Shown one piece after another: positions 9,368-21,958 of a DNA stretch of 64,000 nt. The notes beneath the pieces were generated by a model. It ran no database searches. It was given only the letters and a program-made list of their open reading frames with translations, and was not told the DNA's origin. The translations under genes and the position numbers were made by a program. The stretch spans positions 512,001 to 576,000 of the forward strand of contig CAVVEU010000040.1 of the NCBI GenBank assembly GCA_963747235.1, given 5' to 3'. The DNA comes from an uncultured Candidatus Rokubacteria bacterium (lineage in GTDB: Bacteria > Methylomirabilota > Methylomirabilia > Rokubacteriales > CSP1-6). Numbering within the stretch: position 1 is the first letter of the stretch; each line of letters starts with the position of its first letter.

Positions 9368-9871
9368 CTACCGGTCGCGCCCGTGCCCCTTCCCTTTCCC
9401 CTTGCTCTTGCCGTGCCGGTCGTCGCGATCGTCGTCGTCGCGGTCCCGGTCCCGTGACTTCCACTCGCGCTTGTCGGCCCACTCGCGCCCCCAATCCTCC
9501 TGCCAGCGCGGAGGCCGCTCGGACGCCCACTTCTTCCAGTGACCGGGCGGGACGTGGTAGTACCGCACCGGCACGAACAGCACGGGCCGGGGCACGAATT
9601 CGGGGGCGACGACGACCCACGGACCGTTGTAACCGCCGCTGACGTACCACCCGCCGCTCGCGAACGCCCAGTACTGCCCGTTGTAGAAGAACAGGTTGCC
9701 CGGAGCGGCGGGGGCCGCCACGTAGCGCACCGCGGGCACCTGTGGCACGACGATCAGCCGGGGCGGAGCGGGGAGACGGATGCCGATGTCGACGTGCACC
9801 TGCACCTGCGCCTGCGCCACGGCGGGCGCGACGATCACCAGCGCGATCAGCGTCATCGTCACGATGTGCAT
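9368..9871 (-). CDS. Secreted Pro/Trp-rich hypothetical protein with charged low-complexity tail
   Basis: Signal peptide ending AQA, VDIGIRLPAPP, YYHVPPGHWKKW, RD/KG-rich tail; GGAGG RBS. Confidence 0.75.
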   Translation of the reverse strand: MHIVTMTLIALVIVAPAVAQAQVQVHVDIGIRLPAPPRLIVVPQVPAVRYVAAPAAPGNLFFYNGQYWAFASGGWYVSGGYNGPWVVVAPEFVPRPVLFVPVRYYHVPPGHWKKWASERPPRWQEDWGREWADKREWKSRDRDRDDDDRDDRHGKSKGKGKGHGRDR

Positions 9872-9945
9872 GCGGGTCCTCCCTGTCCGGTATTCTCTCC
9901 CATGAGAATTGTTGCGCCTACGCCTTTGACCGGCCGCGACCGGCG

Positions 9946-10500
9946 CTAGGGCTCGCCCAGCGTCGCGATGAAGTGGACCAGGCTCACGATCTCGTCGTCG
10001 GTGAGCGGCTGCGTGGCCACCGTCATGGTCCCGTCGAGATCGGAGGCGGTCCGGGCCTTGAAGCCGCGCAGCAGGCGCAGGAGATAGTCGAGGTCCTGGC
10101 CGGCCAGGCGCGCGGCCTGCTCCTGCCCGACGAGCCCGGGGCGATGGCACGAGGTGCAGTGGTAGAGATCGGCGAGCGGCTGCCCGGCCGCGACCCGCGC
10201 CGGATCGGTGGCCGCCGGGCGCCGGCGCGGCCGCTGCGCGGCGTAGTAGGCGGAGAGATCGGCCATGTCCGCGTCGCTCAGGATCGCGGCGAAGGGCGCC
10301 ATCACCGGATCCTTGCGCCGGCCGTCCCGGTACTTGATGAGCTGCCAGTGCGTGAAGTAGACGGGCTGCCCGGCGAGGGACGGGGTGCCCGGCATGGTCG
10401 CGTTGCCGTCGCGGCCGTGGCAGGCCGCGCACGGCTCGGCCTTGCGCCGTCCCGCCTCGAGGTCCGCCGCGAGCGCCGGCGCCCCGCCCGCCATCGCCAC
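9946..10500 (-). CDS. Di-heme cytochrome c (c4/c553-like)
   Basis: CAACH and CTSCH heme motifs, PSLAGQ/RLAGQ, axial Met residues. Confidence 0.9.
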   Translation of the reverse strand: MAMAGGAPALAADLEAGRRKAEPCAACHGRDGNATMPGTPSLAGQPVYFTHWQLIKYRDGRRKDPVMAPFAAILSDADMADLSAYYAAQRPRRRPAATDPARVAAGQPLADLYHCTSCHRPGLVGQEQAARLAGQDLDYLLRLLRGFKARTASDLDGTMTVATQPLTDDEIVSLVHFIATLGEP

Positions 10501-10544
10501 GAGGGCGACGGCGAGCGAGAGGCCGGCAAGGACGCGCGGCGCGC

Positions 10545-11735
10545 TCAGGGCTGGTAGGTGACCCGGTAGATCGCCCCGGCGTAGTCGTCGGCGATCAGGA
10601 GCGAGCCGTCCTTCATCTGCCGCGTGTAGACCGGGCGGCCCCAGATCTGATCGCCCTGGAGCCAGCCTTCGGCGAAGACCTCGTACTTCGGCACGTCGCC
10701 GGTGCGGAGGGTGACCATCATCACCGTGAAGCCGCTCTTCTTGGTCCGGTTCCAGGAGCCGCGCTGGGCCAGGAACACGCGGTTCTTGTACTCGGCGGGG
10801 AACATCGAGCCGGTGTAGAACTCGACGCCGTTGCCGGCCACGTGCGGGCCGGTCTTGATCAGCGGCGGCGCGAACTCCGAGCAGGAGCGACCCTTGCCGA
10901 ACTCGGGATCGAGGATGTCGCCCTGGTGGCAGTACGGGAAGCCGAAGTGCAGGCCCTTCTTCGACGCCACGTCGAAGCGGTCGCTCGGCACGTCCTCGCC
11001 GAGCCAGTCGCGCGCGTGGGTGGCGAAGTAGAGCTCCTTGGTCACCGGGTGCCAGTCGAAGCCCACGCTGTTGCGCACCCCGTGGGCCACGTACTCGAAG
11101 CCGCTGCCGTCGGGATTCACGCGCGAGATGTTGGCGTGGGTGTCGGGCGGGATGCAGATGTTACAGGGCGCGCCGATGTTGAAGTAGAGCTTGCCGTCCG
11201 GCCCGAAGGCCAGGTACTTCCAGCCGTGCGGCAGATCGCGCGGCAGGATGTCGTAGACCACGTCCATCTTGGGCGGGCTGTCGAGCTTGTCCTCGATGCC
11301 CACCATCTTGGTGATCTGCGAGATCTCCGCGATGTAGAGCGTGCCGTCCTTGAAGGCCACCCCGTTGGGCAGGTTGAGGCCCTTGGCGATGACCTTGACC
11401 TCGCGCTGGCCGCCCTTGTCCACCACCGCGTAGACGTTGCCGGCCACGCGGCTGCTGACGAACAGCGTGCCCTTGTCGCCCCAGGCCATCGCCCGGGCGT
11501 TGTTGATCCCGTGCGCCCAGAGCGACACCTTGAAGCCCGGCGGCACCTTGATCTTGTCCACCGGGATCTCGCCGGGGGCCTTGGGCGCGGGCGGCTGGGC
11601 GATGGGCGCCAGCGGCGAGTTGGCCATCTCGGCGGGCTGGCCCTGCTTCCAGGACGGCGGCGCCTGGGCGAGGGCCGGGAATGCCAGCGCGAGCGTGAGC
11701 AGGACCGCGAGGGATATCGAGATCAACGGCCGCAT
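10545..11735 (-). CDS. PQQ-dependent sugar (glucose/sorbosone) dehydrogenase
   Basis: Signal peptide, HGWKYLAFGPDGKLY, GAPCNIC, GVRNSVGFDW, GRP...DGSLLIADD. Confidence 0.9.
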   Translation of the reverse strand: MRPLISISLAVLLTLALAFPALAQAPPSWKQGQPAEMANSPLAPIAQPPAPKAPGEIPVDKIKVPPGFKVSLWAHGINNARAMAWGDKGTLFVSSRVAGNVYAVVDKGGQREVKVIAKGLNLPNGVAFKDGTLYIAEISQITKMVGIEDKLDSPPKMDVVYDILPRDLPHGWKYLAFGPDGKLYFNIGAPCNICIPPDTHANISRVNPDGSGFEYVAHGVRNSVGFDWHPVTKELYFATHARDWLGEDVPSDRFDVASKKGLHFGFPYCHQGDILDPEFGKGRSCSEFAPPLIKTGPHVAGNGVEFYTGSMFPAEYKNRVFLAQRGSWNRTKKSGFTVMMVTLRTGDVPKYEVFAEGWLQGDQIWGRPVYTRQMKDGSLLIADDYAGAIYRVTYQP

Positions 11736-11839
11736 GGTGGACCTCCCCGTTGAGGAGTCGAGTGAAGATCGGACCGTTTCGGCAGCGGGACGATACGGCG
11801 TGGCCTCGCCGCTTGTCAAGACGTGGCCGCTGGCGGATC

Positions 11840-13840
11840 ATGCGCCCCATGCCCACCCCACGCGCCATGGTCCCGCAGGATCTCACCCGCATCCGCTTCG
11901 CCAGCGATCCCCAGATCGCCCCCGACGGCCGCACGGTCGCCTTCGTGGTCACCACGCTGTCCGAGGACAAGGACGAGTATCTCTCCAACATCTGGGTGGT
12001 GAGCGCGACCGGCGGCGAGCCCCGCCGCTTCACGACCGGCCCGCGGCGGGACACCAGCCCCGCGCTGGTCGCCCGACGGCTCGCGCCTGGCCTTCATCTC
12101 CGAGCGCGAGCCCGGCAAGAAGGGCCAGCTCCACGTGATGCCGGCCGCGCGGCGGCGAGGCGACCCGCCTCACCGATCTCCGGCACGGCCTGAGCGCGCC
12201 CGAATGGTCGCCCGACGGCACCCGCCTCGCCTTCGCCGCGCGAGTGGGCGGCCCGCCGGAGCCCGTGTCCGAGGAGGACAAGCGCAAGTCGAAGCCCCCG
12301 CGCGTGATCACCACCATGAAGTACCGGTTCAACGGCGAGGGCTTCACCTATGATCGGCGCCCGCAGATCTTCGTGGTGGCCGCCCCAGGCAGTGGATCAG
12401 AGGCCGGCGCGCCGCGCCAGCTCACCGAGGGCGACCACGACCACGCCGATCCCGCGTGGTCCCCGGACGGGCGCGCGATCGCCTTCACGTCGGCCCGCCA
12501 CGACGAGCGCGACCACGACGACGTCACCGACGTCTGGCTGGTGGCCGCCCCAGGCCAGTGGATCAGAGGCCGGCGCGCCCCGCCGCCTGACCTCCACCGC
12601 GGGCCCCGCCGGCCACGCGGCCTTCTCGCCCGCCGGCGACACGATCGCCTACCTGGGGCGAGCGGAGACCAACGCGTTCGGCGGCAATATCCGGCTCTTC
12701 GCGATCCCGACCGCGGGCGGCGCGCCCCGCTGTCTCACCGCCGACTTCGATCGGTCCTGCTCACCGCTCGGCGTCCAGCCGGTCTGGAGTCCCGACGGCG
12801 GCACCATCACCGTGGCCGCGGAGGACCAGGGCAGCCTCGGCGTCTACCGGGTGCCGGCTGACGGCGGGCCGGTCACGCGAATCGTCGCGGGCGAGCGCGT
12901 GATCAGTGGCTTCTCGGTGTCCCGCGACGGCCGGACCATAGCCTTCGCGGCGAGCGAGCCCGATTCCCCGGCCGAGGTCTTCGTCTGCGGGGCGGACGGC
13001 GGCGGCGAGAAGCGACATCACCGACCTCAACCGGGACTGGAAGCGCGAGGTCACGCTGAGCCGCCCGGAGCGATTCCGCTTCGAGCGGGCCGGCATGACG
13101 GTGGACGCCTGGATCATGAAGACCGTTCGGCTTCGAGGCCGGCACCCGCTATCCCCTGCTCGTGAACGTGCACGGCGGCCCGCACGCGCAGTACGGCTAC
13201 CCGTTCCTCGACGAGTTCCAGGTCCAGGCGGGCGCGGGCTACGGCGTGCTCTACACCAACCCGCGCGGCAGCCAGGGGTACGGCGAAGCCTTCACCCGCG
13301 CGGTGGTGGGCGACTGGGGCGGCGGCGACGCGGCGGACGTGCAGGCCGGCCTCGACGAGGCGCTCGGACGCTACGACTGGATCGATCCCGCGCGGCTGGG
13401 CCTGCTGGGCGGCAGCTACGGCGGGTTCATGACGAGCTGGATCGTGGGCCACTCCACCCGCTTCAAGGCCGCCTGCTCGGAGCGCGCGGTGAACAGCCAC
13501 GTCACCATGTTCGGGTCGAGCGACATCGGCCACCTCTTCAACGTGGGCGAGCTGGGCGGCGTGCTCCCGTGGGAGAACATGGCGAAGTACCTCGAGCGCT
13601 CGCCGCTGACCTACGCGCGAGACATCACCACCCCGCTGCTGATCATCCACTCCGAGGACGACCTGCGCTGCCCGATCGGGGAGGGCGAGCAGCTCTTCGT
13701 GGCGCTCAAGACGCTGCGCCGCGAGGTGGTGTTCGTGCGCTTCCCGGACGAGAACCACGAGCTCTCGCGCTCGGGCAAGCCGCGGCATCGTCTCGAGCGC
13801 TTCCGGATCATCCTCGACTGGTTCGCGAAGTACGTCTACG
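11840..13840 (+). CDS. S9 family (acylaminoacyl/dipeptidyl) peptidase, several frameshifts
   Basis: PD40 propeller repeats (SPDG), HGGPH, NPRGSQGYG, GGSYGG nucleophile, D..CP, ENHELSRSG. Stop inferred at about 13840. Confidence 0.88.
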
Positions 13841-14902
13841 CGGAAGGCGGGCATGACCTGGGCGCCGAAGCGCTTCATCGAGTCCACGATGCGCTCGTGG
13901 CCCAGGTAGCCGAAGCTCATCTGGCAGAGGATGTGCTGCACCCCGGCGGCGCGCAGCTCCGCCACCTGCTCGGCGACCCGGCGGGCGGTGCCGTAGAGCG
14001 CGCCGGTGGCCAGCGACTGGCGCACCGCCTCGTCCTCCGGCACGCTCGGATCGTTGAACGCGTTCACCACCGCGGGATCCACGCGGTAGTCCTCGGGATT
14101 GTGCGCGGCGCGCGCGCCCAGCATGTGCCGGCGCGTGTGCGCGAGGGTGTCGGCCAGCCGGTCCTCGGCCTCGGCGTGGCTCTCGGCCACGTAGACGTGG
14201 CGCCACACCGCGACGTCGCGGCGGAGCCGGTCGCGGACCGGCGCCGGGTACCCGCCCGCGAGCAGCCCGTCTTCGTAGAGCTTGAGCCGCTCGCCCAGCA
14301 CGCCGAGCGGCCAGCCGCGAGGTCAGGATGGGCACGCCCTGCCGGCCGCACTCGGCGAACGAGCCCGGCGTCACGACGCTGCGCCAGATCGGCGGGTGCG
14401 GGCGCTGGTACACCCGCGGGCGTAGCGCGGGCAGGCTCACCTGGAAGAACTTGCCCTGGTAGCTGAAGGGCTCCTCGGTCCACGCGCGGGTCAGGATCTC
14501 GAGGGCCTCCGCGCTGCGCTCGCGGCTGTCGTCGCTGCGCAGCCCGTAGCCCACGTACTCGTACTCGTTGTAGAGCGTGCCGCGCCCCACCCCCACGTCG
14601 AGGCGCCCCCGGCTCAGATTGTCCAGCAGCGCGAGCTGCACGGCCAGGCGCACCGGATGCCGGAGCGCGAGCTGGATGACCGCGAAGCCGATCCGCACGC
14701 GCGTGGTGCGGGCGGCCAGCGCGCTCGCGAACGGGATCGGATCGCAGTAGACGGCCTCGCCGGTGAAGTTGTGCTCGGTGAGCCAGACCGAGTCGAAGCC
14801 GACTTCCTCGGCCAGGCACGCCTGGGTGAGCTGCTCCTCGATGGCGGTGTAGTCGTCGGCCGCCGACGGCGAATGCGAGAGGGTCAGCCAGCCGAAGCGC
14901 AT
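13836..14902 (-). CDS. LLM class flavin-dependent oxidoreductase (frameshift near 14310)
   Basis: AEEVGFDSVWLTEHNF, HPVRLA, GRLDVGVGRG, PHPPIW, C-terminal SMKRFGAQVMPAF. Confidence 0.88.
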
Positions 14903-14906
14903 CGGA

Positions 14907-14922
14907 CCTCCTTGTATCATGT
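14907..14922. repeat. 16-bp direct repeat CCTCCTTGTATCATGT, copy 1
   Basis: Identical to 16192-16207. Confidence 0.8.
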
Positions 14923-15651
14923 GAGTCGTGCGAATCCGATCTCGTAGATGAGGAACAGCCCGAAGCCCACGCTGAGCAGTCCGGCGGCCAGGGTCAGGAC
15001 ACGGTTCACGCCGAGGAGCCTCCGCGCCGAGTACACGAACGGCAGCGCGATCGCCAGAGTGATCAACATCATGCCCGCGATCGTCCCGAGACCGAAGACG
15101 AAGAGGTACGCCAGATACAGGAGCGGGTCGTGGATGGTCGCGACCACGAGCAGGGCCACCGCCGCCGATCCGGCGAGACCGTGGACCACGCCGACCACGA
15201 ACGGGCGCGCGGCCTGGTAGAAGCCGAGCCCGCCGAAGCGCCGGTCGAGCCGGCCGAGCGGCGTCTCGTGCACCCCGTGCCCGTGGTGCTCGGCGTCGTG
15301 GCCGCCGGGATGAGCATGGACGTAGTCACCGTGGGCGTGTGGGCCGGACTGCTGTCGCCGGACCCCGGCAACGCCGAGGGCGCCCAGCACGATGAGCATG
15401 AGGGCCACCGAGAGCTCCATGGTGAGTCCCACCTGCGCCGGAACCACCAGACCGAAGAAGGCGATGACGCCGCCGGCCAGCAGGATCGTGAAAGTATGCC
15501 CGAGACCCCACAGGACCCCGATCAGTGCCGCATTTCCGATCGTCCGCTCGCGGCTGACGATCGTCGCAACCGCAACCACGTGATCCGGATCGGTGGCGTG
15601 GCGCATCCCGAGGAAGAACCCCAGCGCGGCGAGCGGCAGGAGGGAGAACAC
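14917..15651 (-). CDS. Nickel/cobalt permease (NiCoT/UreH-like)
   Basis: GMRHATDPDHV, WGLGH, His-rich loop HAHGDYVHAH..HHGH, GVVHGLAGSAA. Confidence 0.88.
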   Translation of the reverse strand: MFSLLPLAALGFFLGMRHATDPDHVVAVATIVSRERTIGNAALIGVLWGLGHTFTILLAGGVIAFFGLVVPAQVGLTMELSVALMLIVLGALGVAGVRRQQSGPHAHGDYVHAHPGGHDAEHHGHGVHETPLGRLDRRFGGLGFYQAARPFVVGVVHGLAGSAAVALLVVATIHDPLLYLAYLFVFGLGTIAGMMLITLAIALPFVYSARRLLGVNRVLTLAAGLLSVGFGLFLIYEIGFARLT

Positions 15652-15666
15652 GCGGCGACGTGAGGA

Positions 15667-16185
15667 TCAGGCGCCGATCAGGGTCCGCGCCAGCTCGATC
15701 TCCCCCAGATGCGTCATGCCGTGGGTGAGCCCGACCTGCCCCAGGCACTGGACGACCGTCATCTCGCCGAGCGGCTTGACCATCACCGTCTTCTCGAGGA
15801 GCTCGGGGGTGGCCGCGGCGAAGAGCTCCTCGGTGCCGGCCCACACCTTCTGCGTGTACTCCTGGAAGAGCGGGATGTCCTTGATGCGCAGCGCCTGGGC
15901 CTCCTCGGTGGACATCCCGGTGCCCTGCGCGGCGGGCGGCAGCCCCAGCTTCTGGCCGTAGCCGCTCTCGGTCCAGATCGGCGGCCGCCGGTCCTGGATC
16001 ACCCAGCGCACGATGTTGTCCTCGGTGCGCACGTAGTGCCAGATCCCCCACCCGATGGTGTTGGCCTTCGGGTGCCCGGCCGGCACCGTGTGGAGCTGCT
16101 CCGGCGTGAGCTCGGCCAGTGCCTTGTCGAGACCTTTGTGAAGCCGCTTGAGATTTGCCCGGATGAAGTCCGCCGCGGTCAGCAT
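15667..16185 (-). CDS. DinB family protein
   Basis: LTPEQLH...NTIGWGIWHYVRTED...THGMTHLGEI (three-His metal site); AAGGAGG RBS. Confidence 0.85.
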   Translation of the reverse strand: MLTAADFIRANLKRLHKGLDKALAELTPEQLHTVPAGHPKANTIGWGIWHYVRTEDNIVRWVIQDRRPPIWTESGYGQKLGLPPAAQGTGMSTEEAQALRIKDIPLFQEYTQKVWAGTEELFAAATPELLEKTVMVKPLGEMTVVQCLGQVGLTHGMTHLGEIELARTLIGA

Positions 16186-16191
16186 GGTGAG

Positions 16192-16207
16192 CCTCCTTGT
16201 ATCATGT
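16192..16207. repeat. 16-bp direct repeat CCTCCTTGTATCATGT, copy 2
   Basis: Identical to 14907-14922. Confidence 0.8.
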
Positions 16208-16228
16208 ATAATCGTGGCCGGTACACAG

Positions 16229-16312
16229 CTCCGAGGAGCGTTGCGACGGGAGCCCTTCCCGCCAGGCTCGGAGTGGCCGACCCCTCGGGTCGGCTGTGGG
16301 CAACGGCGCTCG
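16229..16312 (+). ncRNA. SAH (S-adenosylhomocysteine) riboswitch
   Basis: CCGAGGAGCGTTGCGAC...GCCAGGCTCGG...CAACGGCGCTC, the SAH-riboswitch core and pseudoknot, directly upstream of ahcY; TATAAT at 16207-16212. Confidence 0.92.
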
Positions 16313-16342
16313 CAAACTCCCATACCATAAGGAGAGCGCGAG

Positions 16343-18135
<1,793 letters not shown>

Positions 18136-18143
18136 GCACTGCC

Positions 18144-18983
18144 GTGCAGGGCGGCGGCCGGGCTGTACCGGTCGACGGTGGCTACCGGGTCACCGGTCGC
18201 TGGCCATTCGGCACCGGGTGCCAGGAGAGCCCCTGGATGCTGGGCAGCTTCCAGATCCTCGATGGCGACCAGCCGCGCCGGAGCCCGGATGGCGCCTCGG
18301 TCTACTGGCGCGGCGTCTTCCATCGCGCCGAAACGCAGATTGTCGCGGGGAGCTGGGATGTGTCCGGGCTCCGTGCGACCGGCAGCTTCGACTGGACGGT
18401 CGACGACGTCTTTCTGCCGGAGCGGCGGACGATGGTCCACGCCGGTGTCCCGCTCGACAACCAGTGGAGCCACTGGCCGGGAATCTCGTACGCGCTGCCG
18501 GCGCAGGCCTGGGTCGGGCCACATCACAGCGCCGTGATCACCGGCATCGCCCGGGCCGGCATCGACGCGCTGATCGAGCTGGCCGTCGAGAAGACGCCCC
18601 GCGGCCGGACCAGTCGTCTCTGCGACAACCCGCAAGTGCAGGACGCGATCGGCCGGGCCGACGCGATCCTGAACGCGGGCCGCGCGTATCGCAGCGCGAC
18701 GATCACGGAGGTGTGGAACACGATCGCGGCCGGAGAAGATACGACCCTGGAGCAGCGCGCCCGGTGCCGGCTGGCCGCCGTCCACGCCGCCGACTGTGCC
18801 CGTGAGGCGATGGACCTGGTGTACCGGCAGGGTGGCAGCACGTCCTACCGGCGCGAGAGCCGTCTGGCCGAGTGCTGGCGCGATCTCCAGGTCGTCGGTC
18901 AGGCGGTCACCATCATGCCGGAGTGGTACCCGATGGGCGGCCGGGTCTTCATGAAGATGGACCCGGGCCCGCGGCTGCGCTAG
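18144..18983 (+). pseudogene. Acyl-CoA dehydrogenase-like flavin hydroxylase (HsaA/C2-like), N-terminally truncated
   Basis: GGYRVTGRWPFGTGC, WDVSGLRATGS, CWRDLQV; the N-terminal region and RBS are missing. Confidence 0.7.
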
Positions 18984-19058
18984 CTCCACGGCGTGACGAT
19001 CGTGGATGCCGGCCCGCCGCGCCTCCGGTAGGCCACCCGGAGCGCCGGGCGGCGCGCC

Positions 19059-20669
19059 TCAGGCCCCGCCGATCTTCTCGCGCCGCACGCGGATGCCGGC
19101 CGCCTCGCGGTCCCAGGTGTCCGGCGTCACGCCTTCGGCGCGCAGGCGGTGCTTCTCCGCCTTCTGCGTCGGCGTCTTCGGCAGCTCGGCGGTGATGCGC
19201 ACGTAGCGGGGAATCATGAAGTGCGCCAGGCGCGGCCGCAGGAACTCGATCAGCTCCGCCGGATCGAGGCGGGCGCCGGGCAGGAGCGCCAGCACCGCCA
19301 TGACCTCGTCCTCGCCGTGCTCGCTCGGCACCGCCACCGCGGCGGCCTCGCGCACCGCGGGATGCGACAGGAGCTCGATCTCCACCTCGTAGGAGGAGAT
19401 GTTCTCGCCGCGGCGGCGGATCGCGTCCTTCACCCGGTCGACGTAGTAGTAGTTGCCCAGGGCGTCCTGGCGGAAGGCGTCGCCGGTGTGGAACCACCCG
19501 TTGCGCCAGGCGCGCGCGGTGGCCGCCGGGTCGTTGTGATAGCCGTGGTTGAGCGCCCAGGGCCTGGCCGTGCGCAGGATCATCTCGCCGACCTCGCCCG
19601 GCGCCACCGCGCGGTCGTCGGCGTCGACCAGGCGCGCCTCGCTGCCGGGGCGCAGGCGGCCGCAGAAGCCGCGGCCCTGCGGCTGGGGCTCCGACACGAT
19701 CGGGTTGTTGATCTCCGTCATGTTGAACACGGTGCGCACGTCGATGCCGAAGCGGGCGGCGAAGCCCGGCACGTCGTCGACCAGCGGCACCATGAACGCG
19801 AGCTTCAGCGGGTGGTCGCGATCTCCCGGCCCGGGCGGGCGCTTCCACAGGAAGCTCGCCATCGCGCCGAGCAGGAAGACGACCGTCGCCTCGGTGCGTC
19901 GCACCAGGGGCCAGAAGCTCTCGGTGTCGAAGCTCGGCACCACCGCGAGCGAGCCGGCGCGGAAGGTCATGCAGTTGACCAGGCCGGTGCCGCCGACGTG
20001 GAACATCGGCATGGTCATGAAGTAGCGGTCGGCGCCGGTGATGAAGGGCCACGCCTCCGGCCCCATCATCGACCAGCCCTGGCAGTAGGACGACAGCACC
20101 GCCTTCGACGGCCCGGTGGTGCCGGAGGTGAAGATCACGGTCTGGGTGTCCCACGGCTCGATCGGGCGGGCGAGCGGCGGCAGCGCGCGATCGCTCGGGG
20201 CCAGCGCCTCGGGGCCGTGCGCGACGAGCCGCGTCGCCGCCGTGCCGCCGAGGACGACGACGGCCTCGAGCCGGGCCGGCTCGATCTCCTGCAGGCGCGG
20301 CACCAGGTCGGCGTGCGCCACCATCAGCCGCGCATCCGATACGCGGATCACGTGCTCCAGCAGCCGGCCGCGATAGGCCAGGTTCACGGGCACGTAGACG
20401 GCGCCGAGGTGGTTCAGGGCCAGCATGAGCAGGATGCTGTCGGGGCCGGTCGGCAGCCAGCTCAGCACGTGCTCGCCCTGGCGGACGCCGAGCCGCGCCA
20501 GGCCGCAGGCCATCTGCACGATACGATCGTGCGCGCCGCGCCAGGTCAGCGTCGGCGCGTCGGGGAATACCAGGAACGGCCGGTCGCCGTGCTCCGCCGC
20601 GTTGCGCTCCACCAGATAGCGCGCAACGCACACCTCCCGTGCCGGTACCTCGGCAAGCGACCCGCTCAT
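19059..20669 (-). CDS. AMP-binding acyl-CoA ligase (CaiC-like)
   Basis: FTSGTTGPSK, NMTE, WFHTGD, DRVKDAIRRRGENISS, PKTPTQK. Confidence 0.92.
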   Translation of the reverse strand: MSGSLAEVPAREVCVARYLVERNAAEHGDRPFLVFPDAPTLTWRGAHDRIVQMACGLARLGVRQGEHVLSWLPTGPDSILLMLALNHLGAVYVPVNLAYRGRLLEHVIRVSDARLMVAHADLVPRLQEIEPARLEAVVVLGGTAATRLVAHGPEALAPSDRALPPLARPIEPWDTQTVIFTSGTTGPSKAVLSSYCQGWSMMGPEAWPFITGADRYFMTMPMFHVGGTGLVNCMTFRAGSLAVVPSFDTESFWPLVRRTEATVVFLLGAMASFLWKRPPGPGDRDHPLKLAFMVPLVDDVPGFAARFGIDVRTVFNMTEINNPIVSEPQPQGRGFCGRLRPGSEARLVDADDRAVAPGEVGEMILRTARPWALNHGYHNDPAATARAWRNGWFHTGDAFRQDALGNYYYVDRVKDAIRRRGENISSYEVEIELLSHPAVREAAAVAVPSEHGEDEVMAVLALLPGARLDPAELIEFLRPRLAHFMIPRYVRITAELPKTPTQKAEKHRLRAEGVTPDTWDREAAGIRVRREKIGGA

Positions 20670-20778
20670 CACGGCTCCTCAGTGTAGCCGATCGGCCGCT
20701 TGCCGAGGTGGACGACGGCTCCGGTAGCCTACCCCGGCCGGCCCGGGCCTCTCTCACCGGGCGGACAGAGGAGACGCG

Positions 20779-21958
20779 ATGAAGATCACGAAGGTGGAGT
20801 CCCTTCATGCCGACGGGGGCTGGCGCAGCCTCGACTTCCTCAAGATCAGCACCGACGAGGGCCTCGTCGGGTGGAGCGAGTACAACGAGTCCTTCGGCGG
20901 CGTCGGGGTCTCGGCGGCCATCGCCGGGCTCGCGCCGATGCTCATCGGCAAGGATCCGCGCCCCTGGGAGGCTCACGTGGCCCTGCTGTCCGCGGTGCGC
21001 CGGCAGGCCGCCGGCGGGGTGATCCAGCAGGCCATCGGGGCCATCGAGAACGCGCTCCTCGACATCAAGGCCCGCTCCCTCGGCGTGCCGGTCTACTCCC
21101 TCTTCGGCGGCCCGGTGCGCGACCGCATTCGCCTGTACTGGTCGCACTGCGCCACCTACCGGGTGAGCCGCGCCAAGGAGATGAGCATCCCGCCGGTGCG
21201 CACGCTCGACGACATCGTGGCGATGGGACGCGAGGTCGTGGCCAAGGGCTACACCGCGCTCAAGACCAACGCGCTCCTGCTGGGCGACAACCCGCGCGCG
21301 CACGTGCCCGGCTTCGGCCGCAGCGCCGGCTTCCCCGAGCTCAACGCCGACCGGCACGTGCTCGACGCCATGCGCGCCGAGCTCGCCGCCTTCCGCGAGG
21401 GCGCGGGGCCCGGCATGGACATCCTGGTGGACCTCAACTTCAACTACAAGACCGAGGGCTTCCTCAAGATGGCGCGCGCCATGGAGCCCTACGATCTCTT
21501 CTGGGTCGAGATGGACACGCGCGACGCGAAGGCGCTCGCCTACGTGCGCAGCCGCACCACGATCCCGGTCGCCTCGTGCGAGTGCCTCTTCGGCCGGCGG
21601 GACTACCGGCCGTTCTTCGAGCAGCAGGCGGTGGACGTGGCCATCATCGACACGCCGTGGAACGGCGTGGGCGAGTCGCTCAAGATCGCGGCGATGGCCG
21701 ACACCTACGAGATCAACGTGGCCCCGCACAACTTCTACGGCCACCTGGCCACCATGATGAACGCGCACTGGAGCGCGGTCGTCCCCAACCTGCGCATCAT
21801 GGAGACCGATCCCGACATGGTGCCGTGGCAGGACGACCTGGTGACCGTGACGCCGCGGATCGAGAACGGCCACCTGCTGCTGCCCACCGGCCCCGGCTGG
21901 GGCACCGAGGTGAACGAGGAGGCGGTCCGCGCGCACCCGCCGGAAGACCGACGGCTAG
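20779..21958 (+). CDS. Mandelate racemase/muconate lactonizing family enolase (acid-sugar dehydratase-like)
   Basis: [20 protein letters not shown].., DLN, WVE, SCE, PHN, PTGPGWG. Stop at 21958 requires a 1-nt indel near 21942. Confidence 0.88.

Noticed and set aside
13114-14466. Long mutual antisense overlap of the S9 peptidase and LLM genes
   Set aside because: Removing one C at 13839 gives CTAG, which stops both genes as in other convergent pairs in this window.
19005-19058. GC-rich hairpin as a repeat family with 20719-20737
   Set aside because: The similarity (CTCCGGTAG..ACCC) is too short; it is more likely a simple terminator-like stem between convergent genes.
18949-21936. Numerous long alternative-frame and antisense ORFs (also 31166-34177, 27303-30290, 49880-52186)
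   Set aside because: These are Arg/Ala/Gly/Pro-rich shadow ORFs expected at this GC content, with no recognisable motifs.
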